IMG/VR virus record: IMGVR_UViG_3300037467_002484
Span: 1-48,668 of that record
Reading direction: 5' to 3' (one strand)
DNA: 48,668 bases
DNA from: a virus
Taxonomy: Duplodnaviria > Caudoviricetes
A program made the translations under genes and the position numbers. The number at the start of each line of letters is the position of its first letter. Within the stretch, counting starts at the first letter, position 1. Below, one piece after another: positions 1-7,716 of the stretch. Under the pieces are notes generated by a model. It worked only from the letters and a program-made list of their open reading frames with translations, had not been told where the DNA came from and ran no database searches.

Positions 1-92
1 ATGTTCGAGTGACGGTTCTTTGCGACACGCCACGGCTGCGTGTTGTGCTCGATGGTCACGCCTGCAACCGTGATGGACGGAATCTCACTCAT
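1..92 (-). CDS. Hypothetical early protein, N-terminal part (runs off window start)
   Basis: ATG at 92-90 after GGAG; open to position 1 (MSEIPSITVAGVTIEHNTQPWRVAKNRHSN); overlaps stop of upstream gene. Confidence 0.6.
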   Translation of the reverse strand, partial: MSEIPSITVAGVTIEHNTQPWRVAKNRHSN

Positions 93-468
93 GGCCGGCT
101 CCGGTGGTGAAGGGGGCGAGGGCGGCTTCAAGGGCGTGACGGATGGCTTCACGCTTGTTGTGGGAAACGCCGTCGTAAAGGTCATCAAATGCCTCGACAG
201 CCGTATCCACCATCGCCTCCGTCACCCCGCCCTGTGCGGCTTGCCGCTTCTCCTTCTCTGCAGAAAGTGCGGCTAGAGCTTCGGCGTACTGCCGCGTCGG
301 ACAAAACGTTGATAGGGCTTCCCAGAACGCTCGGGCAGCCTCGTCCGGCGCGTATTCGCCGTGGTACTCCACTCGGCCATCGGGGTGAACTGTGACCATA
401 CTCTTGCCGTCGCGACGGATTTCAATCAGCGGTGCCGGAGCACTACCGCCTAGAAAGATGCTACTCAT
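85..468 (-). CDS. Hypothetical phage protein
   Basis: ATGA overlap with deaminase stop; MSSIFLGG start; VTEAMVD.A motif typical of small early phage proteins. Confidence 0.7.
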   Translation of the reverse strand: MSSIFLGGSAPAPLIEIRRDGKSMVTVHPDGRVEYHGEYAPDEAARAFWEALSTFCPTRQYAEALAALSAEKEKRQAAQGGVTEAMVDTAVEAFDDLYDGVSHNKREAIRHALEAALAPFTTGAGHE

Positions 469-959
469 GACCGTTTCCTCTTGCAAAGAAGGAGCCACTC
501 ACGACCCTGCGTGAGCCGCCAGAGATTCTTGGCATCGCTGTGCGGGTATAGCTCCCCAAACACGATACGCCGGCATCCGGTGTTCATCAACAGCTTCACG
601 CACGTGACGCACGGTGAGCACGTCACGTAGCACGTATGGATCTCGCGAACGTCCTTGCACTGCAGCAAAGCGTTCTGCTCGGCGTGGATTGCCTGGCAGG
701 CGTCAAGGTTCGTCCCACTCGGGGACTTGGCGCCTGCACAGGCATTGGGATACGTGATTTCGATGCTCCGGTCCAGATGAAGCATTGGCTGCTCGGTGTT
801 GCAGTGGGGAAGCCCTGCGGCCACCCCGTTGTACCCGGTGGAAAGCACGTGGCCGTCCTTGTCGACCAGCACGCAGCCCACCTGACGCCGGCAGCAGGTG
901 CCGCGACGAGCGGTCACCTTGGCCAGTTCCAACCCCCACTCGTCGCGGTTGATCCTCAT
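465..959 (-). CDS. dCMP deaminase / ComEB-like Zn-dependent cytidylate deaminase
   Basis: CCRRQVGCVLV, STGYNG, HAEQNAL and SPCVTC Zn motifs; GGAGG RBS before ATG 959. Confidence 0.92.
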   Translation of the reverse strand: MRINRDEWGLELAKVTARRGTCCRRQVGCVLVDKDGHVLSTGYNGVAAGLPHCNTEQPMLHLDRSIEITYPNACAGAKSPSGTNLDACQAIHAEQNALLQCKDVREIHTCYVTCSPCVTCVKLLMNTGCRRIVFGELYPHSDAKNLWRLTQGREWLLLCKRKRS

Positions 960-960
960 G

Positions 961-1791
961 TCACCGAGCCTCCCACCAGCGGTGACCTTCCTTGGCTGGT
1001 TGGTCACGGATCCTGCGTAGCGTGGCCTCTAGGAAATCAGGCTCAAGGTGCATGCCTGGAGGCGTGCTCGACTGCTCGCCAAACAGCGGCCTGGTCGTCT
1101 TGACGCATACCCTTGCCGATTCGACGTCTCGTCCGTACAGATGGGAGCTTGCGGCCGTCAGGTACAGCAGACCCGGAATGACGATGTCCTCGTTTCGAAG
1201 CTTATCCTGGATCATGCCGGCGGTATGCTTGTTGACGAACGCGCACACCATGTGGCCGATCATCGAGAAGTTGAACACGTCGTATGGCATCCCCAACCAG
1301 ATGTCGCTCGACCGCATGAACACATGGGCGTTCAACCGCTGCTTTCGGATCTGGAAGAACAGCGACACGGTGCACGGCACATCCTTCGTCGCCGGCGGGC
1401 ACTGTCGCCAGAACGTCATGCCAGCCTGCCGAGAGCTCGGGTCCTCGACCAGCTTGCGCACGACGTAGGGCAGCTGCTTGACGAACTCTGGCCCATAGGC
1501 TCCGAAGAACGTCTTGCCGTCGTCCGAGAACTGGCTGATCTTGCTGTTGTACGGCGCAATCGTCTCGACCCGGTCGTCGCCGTTCAGGATCCAGAGCGCC
1601 TCGGCCGCCATGAACCGGTAGTTGAGGGAGCGCTCCGGCACGGTCAGGACCGGCCGTATCATGTCGATGGTGAAAGTTGCCTGCGGCAGCTCGAGCGTAT
1701 CGATCCCACGCGGGCTGATGCGCTCGCCGAACCGGAGCAAGTTGTCCAGCCCACGGAGCCAGACGCTGTTGAAGTTGAACAGGTCACTCAT
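961..1791 (-). CDS. Thymidylate synthase-superfamily enzyme, predicted dCMP (hydroxy)methyltransferase
   Basis: AEALW, SSRQA, catalytic DVPCT (C140), MRSSDIWLGMPYD (D171 at the E. coli N177 position), SHLY. Confidence 0.88.
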   Translation of the reverse strand: MSDLFNFNSVWLRGLDNLLRFGERISPRGIDTLELPQATFTIDMIRPVLTVPERSLNYRFMAAEALWILNGDDRVETIAPYNSKISQFSDDGKTFFGAYGPEFVKQLPYVVRKLVEDPSSRQAGMTFWRQCPPATKDVPCTVSLFFQIRKQRLNAHVFMRSSDIWLGMPYDVFNFSMIGHMVCAFVNKHTAGMIQDKLRNEDIVIPGLLYLTAASSHLYGRDVESARVCVKTTRPLFGEQSSTPPGMHLEPDFLEATLRRIRDQPAKEGHRWWEAR

Positions 1792-2722
1792 GACACAGCT
1801 CCTTCAGCCGTTGGATAAGTCCGTAGTCATCTCCGGCATGGAAGCGCTTCCAGGCTTGTGGATGGATTGCTCCCTCGAATGAAAGGCCCAGCTGGATCAG
1901 CTTGTCCTGCGCCTTGCCGCCAAGCGCGAAGATCTTCTCGGCGTTGGCGTAGATCCAGTAGTCATGGCCCGGATTGGCGAACTGGTCGGCGTTGACCCAG
2001 CACAGGCGCATCTCGTCGATGCCGGCGTCGATCAACTGCTGCGTGAACCAGCGGCTGCAGCCCTGCCCGCTGAATGACGCGAATGGCCACTGGAAGAACG
2101 GGTCTTGGTTCTTGCGCTCGGCGAAGCTATCGCCCACCAGCAGGATCTTGGCCTTGAGGTTGCCGGCCGACCGCATGGTGGTCTTGTGCGGCAGCGTCAG
2201 CTCGCGAAGCGATTCGACGTCACTCATCAACCCATGCCAGGCGCCGTTGACCGTGTAGTCGTAGTCGGCCATCGGAATGGCCGTGGCCATCTGGTCGTAG
2301 GCCGCAGCAACGCACAGCAGCTGATCAACGTCTTTGAGGTACTCCTCGCCCTTGCGGGCCTCGAAGTTGGCCTTGATGTTGTCGATCCCTGGGTTGCAGC
2401 GCACCACGACTGGCTGGCAGCGGAGAGCCAAGCGCTCGAGCATCCGAACATCGGCCGGATCCAGCCGGTTGGCTCCGCCGCGGAAGGCGTCGCCGTACGG
2501 CTTCTCACTGAGCCAACAGCGGTCCATCACCACCTCTTGGTAACCGAGCACTGCCGGCATCATCTGCTCGGCGTACATACGAGCCAGGCCGTCGGTCACC
2601 ATGGGCAGTGGGCCGAGGTGGACGTAGCGGGCGCCGACCGTCTGGGCGTAGTGCATAGCCACCGTGGACTTGCCGGAGCCGTCCGGGCCCTCAAAGATGG
2701 TCAGCCGCTTACTGGTCGTCAT
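1784..2722 (-). CDS. dNMP (thymidylate-like) kinase fused to C-terminal uracil-DNA-glycosylase-superfamily domain
   Basis: IFEGPDGSGKST P-loop and VMDRCWLSE kinase motif; C-terminal ILLVGDS..WPF..SG, IFALGGKA and HPQ resemble UDG-fold motifs. Confidence 0.8.
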   Translation of the reverse strand: MTTSKRLTIFEGPDGSGKSTVAMHYAQTVGARYVHLGPLPMVTDGLARMYAEQMMPAVLGYQEVVMDRCWLSEKPYGDAFRGGANRLDPADVRMLERLALRCQPVVVRCNPGIDNIKANFEARKGEEYLKDVDQLLCVAAAYDQMATAIPMADYDYTVNGAWHGLMSDVESLRELTLPHKTTMRSAGNLKAKILLVGDSFAERKNQDPFFQWPFASFSGQGCSRWFTQQLIDAGIDEMRLCWVNADQFANPGHDYWIYANAEKIFALGGKAQDKLIQLGLSFEGAIHPQAWKRFHAGDDYGLIQRLKELCHE

Positions 2723-3311
2723 GGCAGGTGTCCTCGGCAATGGCGCCGTCAAAATCCATGTAGTCAGCCCGGTTGTAGCCGTGCCGGTTGAGAATCTGCT
2801 CGGTCATGGGTCCCACCCAGCCCTCGGGCTTGGTAACGTCGACTTTGTGACCGCGCTTCGTCTCGCCGCGGACCTTGGACATGTTAGCCCGCTGGACATC
2901 ATCCCACAGCTCCTGCCAGGGAAGGCCCAGCTGGACCGCAGTACCGATGGCCACGTAGACGAGGTCGATCAGCGCGTCGGCCTGCTGCGCAAGGTCCTGC
3001 TCGAACCCGGAGTCGGGTTCGTAGATGCCGAGCCGCTTGGTCAGCGAGTAGCCACTGGCCTCGGCGAACTCGTCGAGCTCCTCCTTGAGGAACTGGATCC
3101 GCTCGCCCAGCTTGCGCTTGGTCAGGTGGACCGGCTGCTCGTGGACCAGCAGGCCGAACTTCTGGTGGAACGCCTTCACGTCCGAGAAGTGGGTGTGGCT
3201 GAACGTCGGCACCATCTCGACGGCGAGATGCACAGGGATCCGAGCGATGGTTTTGGTTTCCGGCGCAACCGGATCCTGCGAGGCAACGGCCTCATCGGTC
3301 TCGTTTGCCAT
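2709..3311 (-). CDS. MazG-like / PRA-PH-like NTP pyrophosphohydrolase
   Basis: VKAFHQKFG, KEELDEF, DALIDLVYVAIG, VQRANMSK, KPEGW motifs. Confidence 0.85.
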   Translation of the reverse strand: MANETDEAVASQDPVAPETKTIARIPVHLAVEMVPTFSHTHFSDVKAFHQKFGLLVHEQPVHLTKRKLGERIQFLKEELDEFAEASGYSLTKRLGIYEPDSGFEQDLAQQADALIDLVYVAIGTAVQLGLPWQELWDDVQRANMSKVRGETKRGHKVDVTKPEGWVGPMTEQILNRHGYNRADYMDFDGAIAEDTCHDDQ

Positions 3312-3312
3312 A

Positions 3313-4125
3313 TCAGCGCCCTCCCTTCTTCGCCACCTTGGGGGCGTTGGTCGGCTTACGGCACACCCACAGGTTGTTACGCGCGTGATCGGCGTGCAGC
3401 GGCCCGAAGATGTTGCTGATGGCGTCGCTGTCGAAGTACTTGCTCAGCGCATCGCGGACCAGCTTGATGGCCGGCTGCAACTTGACCGGATCCACACCGA
3501 GGTCGTCGGACGGCTCGACCTTGCCGATGTGCTTGATGTCCATGAACGTGCCGAACCGCCGCTCCACCACGAAGCCGGCCTTCTCGGTCGCCTTCTGGAG
3601 CTCAGGCACGGTGTACTCATGGATGTGGTTCGCTGCGTGGCGCTTGCCATCGTAGCAGGGCGTCGACATCAGCATCACGCCGCCGGGACGCAGCGCCTCG
3701 AAGCAGGCCTTCAGCATCTTGGCGCCGTGCTCGACCTTCATGTGCTCGATGACTTCGTAGTGGACCACCACGTCGAAGCCGCCCGGCTGCTTCTTGAGCA
3801 GCTCCTTGTAGCGCTCGACGAAGTTGAACTCTCCCAGGAAGGTGAGGCGCTGACTGTTGGAGGGCTTGAGCTTGTTCAGGTCAACGCCGGTGTAGGTGTT
3901 CACGTGCGCCGCCGCGCCGCCGGTGAGGATCTTGCTGAGCGGACGATCTTCGCCGCAGCCGATTTCGAGGACATGGTCCTTGGCCGTGATGAAGTTGCGG
4001 GCGAAGCTCCAGCGCCAGAAGTGGGCCGAGTAGTCTCGGTGGAGGGTGCGACCATGACCAGCTTCGTGCAGCTGGGTGGTGTCATAGTCGCGCTGGTCGC
4101 GCTGGATCTCTTTGCTCTTCGGCAT
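3313..4125 (-). CDS. Class I SAM-dependent methyltransferase (small-molecule type)
   Basis: VLEIGCG, TGVD, FDVVVHYEVIEHM, LRPGGVMLMSTP; AAGGGGA RBS. Confidence 0.88.
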   Translation of the reverse strand: MPKSKEIQRDQRDYDTTQLHEAGHGRTLHRDYSAHFWRWSFARNFITAKDHVLEIGCGEDRPLSKILTGGAAAHVNTYTGVDLNKLKPSNSQRLTFLGEFNFVERYKELLKKQPGGFDVVVHYEVIEHMKVEHGAKMLKACFEALRPGGVMLMSTPCYDGKRHAANHIHEYTVPELQKATEKAGFVVERRFGTFMDIKHIGKVEPSDDLGVDPVKLQPAIKLVRDALSKYFDSDAISNIFGPLHADHARNNLWVCRKPTNAPKVAKKGGR

Positions 4126-4154
4126 GATAGTCCCCTTGGGATCTTTGGAGGTAG

Positions 4155-4184
4155 AAAACCCGGCGCCTAGATGACGCCGGGCTT
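4155..4184 (-). terminator. Rho-independent terminator
   Basis: CCCGGCG...CGCCGGG stem followed by TTTT on the minus strand in an intergenic gap. Confidence 0.65.
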
Positions 4185-4209
4185 AGATGTGGAGCGCAAG
4201 CCGGCCGAG

Positions 4210-4833
4210 TTACTTCGGCTCCGGGACCTTCTCGCCCTTCTTGATCAGGTCGTTGCGGTACCACTTGACGTAGCCGCGCTTGTCGTCGCCCAGGCCGAAC
4301 TTCTTCTGGACCTTGTCGAAGATCTGGTCGTCGGTCAACTTGCCCTCGCGGATCAGCTCGCGGAACATGCCGGCAGCGGTCTCGCCCTTTTCGGCCTTCG
4401 GCGCCTTGGCGGCCGGAGCCTCCTTCTTGCCAGCCGGCTTCTTCGCCGCAGGCTTCTTCTCGACGGGCGCCTTGTCCGTCTTCTTTTCGGGCTTCGCGCC
4501 CTTGCCGCTCTTCGTGGCCTGGTTCGTGGCCTTCTTCTTCGTTGCCATGTCAATCTCCTCTTGGGTCAGCGTAACGAGTTGGCCAAGCGCTTGCATGGCC
4601 TGTTGGGTTGCACCGGTCAGTTGGGCATACTGGGCATAGAGCCGAGCCGCCTTTTCCACCGGGTAGTCCGGGAGCTCTTTGTTGAAGGTCTCCACGAATT
4701 TGGCTGCGGGCCACTTCTCGAGGTCGAAGCCGTCCTCGACGTTGATCCGCAGGAAGGTAACCTCAGTCTTGCTTCGATCGACGGCGAGACAGGTGTGCCT
4801 TTGCCGATCGACGAACACCGCTGCGCTTTTCAT
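4210..4833 (-). CDS. Lys/Ala/Pro-rich putative DNA-binding protein; possible internal start at 4548
   Basis: Histone-H1-like KKPAAKK tract and C-terminal helical domain ending YVKWYRN; GAGGAG RBS before internal ATG 4548. Confidence 0.75.
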   Translation of the reverse strand: MKSAAVFVDRQRHTCLAVDRSKTEVTFLRINVEDGFDLEKWPAAKFVETFNKELPDYPVEKAARLYAQYAQLTGATQQAMQALGQLVTLTQEEIDMATKKKATNQATKSGKGAKPEKKTDKAPVEKKPAAKKPAGKKEAPAAKAPKAEKGETAAGMFRELIREGKLTDDQIFDKVQKKFGLGDDKRGYVKWYRNDLIKKGEKVPEPK

Positions 4834-5062
4834 GCTCAATCCTGTTCCTGATGGCTTCCGCGTGGACCGTCAGCTCGAAGATGCCGGCAATCACCGCCTT
4901 GGCTTCATCAAGGTAGATCGGCCCATAGATGCCGAAGTTGATCTTCACATCGCCGTGCTTAGCTTGCACCGACGCGACGTTCCTGGCGGTCCCCACGTGG
5001 AGGACCAGACGCTCGACCTCGTCAGTCGACTCGTCAACGATCTCGACGGTTGTTTTTGTCAC
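4763..5062 (-). CDS. Hypothetical protein
   Basis: GTG start with GAGGA RBS; phage-like codon usage. Confidence 0.6.
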   Translation of the reverse strand: MTKTTVEIVDESTDEVERLVLHVGTARNVASVQAKHGDVKINFGIYGPIYLDEAKAVIAGIFELTVHAEAIRNRIEHEKRSGVRRSAKAHLSRRRSKQD

Positions 5063-5198
5063 GTTCCACGATCCTCACGTGCTTGACGCCCGAGCCGTTG
5101 AGCTGCTTTGCCATCGTGACCACGTGCTCGAGCGTGTCAGTTTCCTTGGCCAGTAGCTTCTGCTTGCTGCCGTCGCGATAGTGCGCCTCGACGATCAT
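5034..5198 (-). CDS. Small hypothetical protein (54 aa, not in ORF track)
   Basis: ATGA overlap with upstream stop; GGAG RBS; MIVEAHYRDGSKQKLL...DR; fills the gap. Confidence 0.55.
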   Translation of the reverse strand: MIVEAHYRDGSKQKLLAKETDTLEHVVTMAKQLNGSGVKHVRIVERDKNNRRDR

Positions 5199-5647
5199 GA
5201 GTGCTTCTCCTTCTTAGGAAGCTTGCCGTTACGGCGGAAGTAGCTTCGGTACCACGCGGGGTAGTGATCGTGCCGGCCATCGTCGGGGAGCTTGTACTCA
5301 GCCTTGATGGTAGCCAACACGTCCTTGTTAGACTTGCCTTCTTGGAACAGCGCGAGACAGCGCTTGGCGATCGTCATCTTGGTCGGCTTGGGCGGCTTGG
5401 GCGCCGGCACCGGGTTGAGATGGCGTTTCGGCTTCTGGACCTCGTCGATGACCACCTCCGCGTCAGCGAGCGGAGTCCTCATCTTCTCGAGCTCCTTGCC
5501 GCTTGGCGTGGTCAGCTGCCACTCGCCAGGCCCGAGACACAGAATGTAGTCGTTGTACTTCTCGCGCGGCACGCCAAGCTTCTTGAGAGCCTGTGTGCAG
5601 GAATCGCGCCGTGTCAAGACGCGCGTGGCGCCCCTGTTTGTGCTCAT
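5195..5647 (-). CDS. Hypothetical protein with C-terminal WYR helical domain (paralogue of 4210-4833)
   Basis: GAGGAGG RBS before ATG 5647; C-terminus LFQEGK...YPAWYRS. Confidence 0.7.
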   Translation of the reverse strand: MSTNRGATRVLTRRDSCTQALKKLGVPREKYNDYILCLGPGEWQLTTPSGKELEKMRTPLADAEVVIDEVQKPKRHLNPVPAPKPPKPTKMTIAKRCLALFQEGKSNKDVLATIKAEYKLPDDGRHDHYPAWYRSYFRRNGKLPKKEKHS

Positions 5648-5696
5648 CAGTTTCCTCCTCAGCCGAGGGTTGTGGCGCATCCGTGCGCCGTGGTAA

Positions 5697-5900
5697 TTAG
5701 AGGTCCAACAACTTGTCAGCCTGAATCTTGACCATCCTTATGGCGTCGCTGCGCGTGAGGTTCTTGTCGATAATCCGGCCCGTCTCGTTCCGTACTACAT
5801 AGAAACGCGTGCGGGTCGTCTTGCTCTCGTCCTCGAAAGCCGAGTAGCTGATGCCGGTGCATCCGTTCATGGTTTCAGTGTGAATCGCGGAACCGCTCAT
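5697..5900 (-). CDS. Hypothetical early protein
   Basis: GAGGAG RBS; first gene downstream of the promoter at 5929-5970. Confidence 0.65.
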   Translation of the reverse strand: MSGSAIHTETMNGCTGISYSAFEDESKTTRTRFYVVRNETGRIIDKNLTRSDAIRMVKIQADKLLDL

Positions 5901-5928
5901 GATCATCTCCTCAGTAGCCGTTGAAGAG

Positions 5929-5970
5929 ATAGTAGTGAAGTCCACTGTGATTGTAAACAGTTATTTTCAA
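5929..5970 (-). promoter_or_regulatory. Sigma70-type promoter TTTACA-17-TACTAT with AT-rich upstream element
   Basis: -35 at 5957-5952, -10 at 5934-5929, 17-bp spacer; 19-mer nearly identical to 14769-14787. Confidence 0.8.
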
Positions 5971-5981
5971 CTTTTGTGCAA

Positions 5982-7487
5982 TTATTTTTGGCGCCGGCGG
6001 GCCTGGAGCTGCTTCAGTCCGTCGAACAAGGAACCCTGTCCTCGGCGCTTGGCGTGGAGCGCCCCAAGCACAGCTTCCTCGATCGTGTCCTCCATCAAGA
6101 AGATGTGGTTGAAGATCTTCTTGTGCTTGGACCCCTGACGCAGCAGGCGGCGGATCAGCTGGTCGTAGTTCTCGTAGTCCCACGTCAGGGTGAACCACGC
6201 GATGTGCTGGCCGGAGTCTTGCATGTTGACGCCGTGGGCGATCGACACCGGGTGCACCGCAAGCACCGGCAGCTTGCCCTCGTTCCAGAGCTTCTCCAGC
6301 CGCTTGCCCTCCTCGATAGAGACGCCCGAACCGATGTACGGCAGGTCGGCGCCGAACCGCTCCTTGAGGCGGGCAAGGTCGTGTTGGAACTCGTAGGCGA
6401 TCAGGATCGGCGACCCCTGCAGGCTCTCCACCAAGTCCTCCAGTGCATCGAGCTTGGTGTCGTGCAGCATCTCCCACTCGCGCTTCACCTTCCTGGCCTT
6501 CTTGACCAGCTCGCCCAGTGCGTCCTCGATGTAGATGGCGCCACTCGCCACCTGCCGACACTTGCCCAGCGCCACGCCGGTGTTCTTGGCCGTGATGACA
6601 CCGCTGCCCATCTCGAAGAACAGGTCGTCCTCGAGCGCGTCGTAGACCTTACGGGCCGAAGCCGGCAGCTCGAGGCGGATGACGTTGTCGATCTTCTGAG
6701 GCAGCTCCAGCAGGTCGGCAGCGTCAAGCCGCATCACGACCGGGCTGATGCGCTTGTAGATCTCCTGCTCGGCCCCCTCCTTCACCGTGTACGAGAAGCC
6801 CATGTAGTCGGACTCGAAGTACGCGTCACGGTAGTGTGTGATGAACCGGCCCAGCGAGCGACCCTCGTCCAGCATGTACATCTGGCCGAAGAGCGGGAGC
6901 AGGCCGTTCGCGGCGGGCGAGCCGGTCAAACCGTAGCGGCGACGGAACGTTCCCAGCACCTGCTTGATCGCCTTGAACCGGATCGACTGGTGGTTCTTGA
7001 ACTTGGTCAGCTCGTCGACGACCAGCATGTCGAACCCGAGCTTCTTGAACTCGCGCACGTCCACGTGAACGGACGTCTTCTTGCCGTTCTTTACCTTGGT
7101 CGCCTTGAGCAGCCAGTCCAGGCCCTCAGGGTTGATCAGATAGATGTCGGCGTCCTCCTGCAGGAGCTGATCCTTCTTCGGACCGTGCAGCACGATGGCC
7201 TTGAATTTGCAGAAGTCGAGCCACTTCTCCAGCTCACGCGGCCACGTGGAGGCAGCCACTCGCAGCGGTGCGATGATCAGAATCTTGCCCACCATCTTCT
7301 TGGCCAGCAGGATCTTGATGATCGACAGGATGATACTAGTCTTTCCCAGGCCCGGGTCGAGAAAGTACCCGACGACCGCCTGCTCGAGACCGCGCTTTAT
7401 CGCCTTGACCTGATACGCGTGCGGCTTGAAGGGCACGGGAGAGGGCTTCAAGGGCGACATCAGCGTCGTCGTGGACTTGGACTTCAT
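5982..7487 (-). CDS. SNF2-family DNA helicase
   Basis: LDPGLGKT, VVDELT, GLTGSP, AHGVNMQ, QLIRRLLRQG motifs. Confidence 0.92.
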   Translation of the reverse strand: MKSKSTTTLMSPLKPSPVPFKPHAYQVKAIKRGLEQAVVGYFLDPGLGKTSIILSIIKILLAKKMVGKILIIAPLRVAASTWPRELEKWLDFCKFKAIVLHGPKKDQLLQEDADIYLINPEGLDWLLKATKVKNGKKTSVHVDVREFKKLGFDMLVVDELTKFKNHQSIRFKAIKQVLGTFRRRYGLTGSPAANGLLPLFGQMYMLDEGRSLGRFITHYRDAYFESDYMGFSYTVKEGAEQEIYKRISPVVMRLDAADLLELPQKIDNVIRLELPASARKVYDALEDDLFFEMGSGVITAKNTGVALGKCRQVASGAIYIEDALGELVKKARKVKREWEMLHDTKLDALEDLVESLQGSPILIAYEFQHDLARLKERFGADLPYIGSGVSIEEGKRLEKLWNEGKLPVLAVHPVSIAHGVNMQDSGQHIAWFTLTWDYENYDQLIRRLLRQGSKHKKIFNHIFLMEDTIEEAVLGALHAKRRGQGSLFDGLKQLQARRRQK

Positions 7488-7716
7488 AGCCTATCCTTCG
7501 GAGGAATCTGTGAATGTAAGCCTGACGAGGTTCTGGTTCTTCGCCCGGCATCTTGAACTCGATCAGCAGCGGCTTCCCGCCCGGGATCCAGAAGATTCGA
7601 TCTGGCCAGCCGGTATCGCCCTTCGGCCAGAAGTGGACGGACTCGAGACCCCACTGCTCCTTTGCCTTGTCGGCAACGTAGGTCTCGAGGTCAGCCTCAC
7701 ACCGGAAGAACGGCAT
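7336..7716 (-). CDS. VRR-NUC domain nuclease
   Basis: GWPDRI...LIEFK.PG...Q motif; sits directly upstream of the SNF2 helicase. Confidence 0.82.
   Translation of the reverse strand: MPFFRCEADLETYVADKAKEQWGLESVHFWPKGDTGWPDRIFWIPGGKPLLIEFKMPGEEPEPRQAYIHRFLRRIGYEVQVHDDADVALEALSRALQAARVSGQGDKARSRAGGRRVLSRPGPGKD

Noticed and set aside
961-1791. dUMP hydroxymethylase / thymidine hypermodification (YuA/M6/ViI type)
   Set aside because: Asp at the specificity position points to dCMP, and I see no 5-hmdU DNA kinase or amino-acid:DNA transferase; hmdUMP via deamination of hm-dCMP is not excluded.
5976-7556. Long antisense ORFs (e.g. 5976-7556 +, 20337-21599 +, 34127-36166 -)
   Set aside because: Shadow frames of GC-rich, strongly codon-biased genes; no motifs or RBS.
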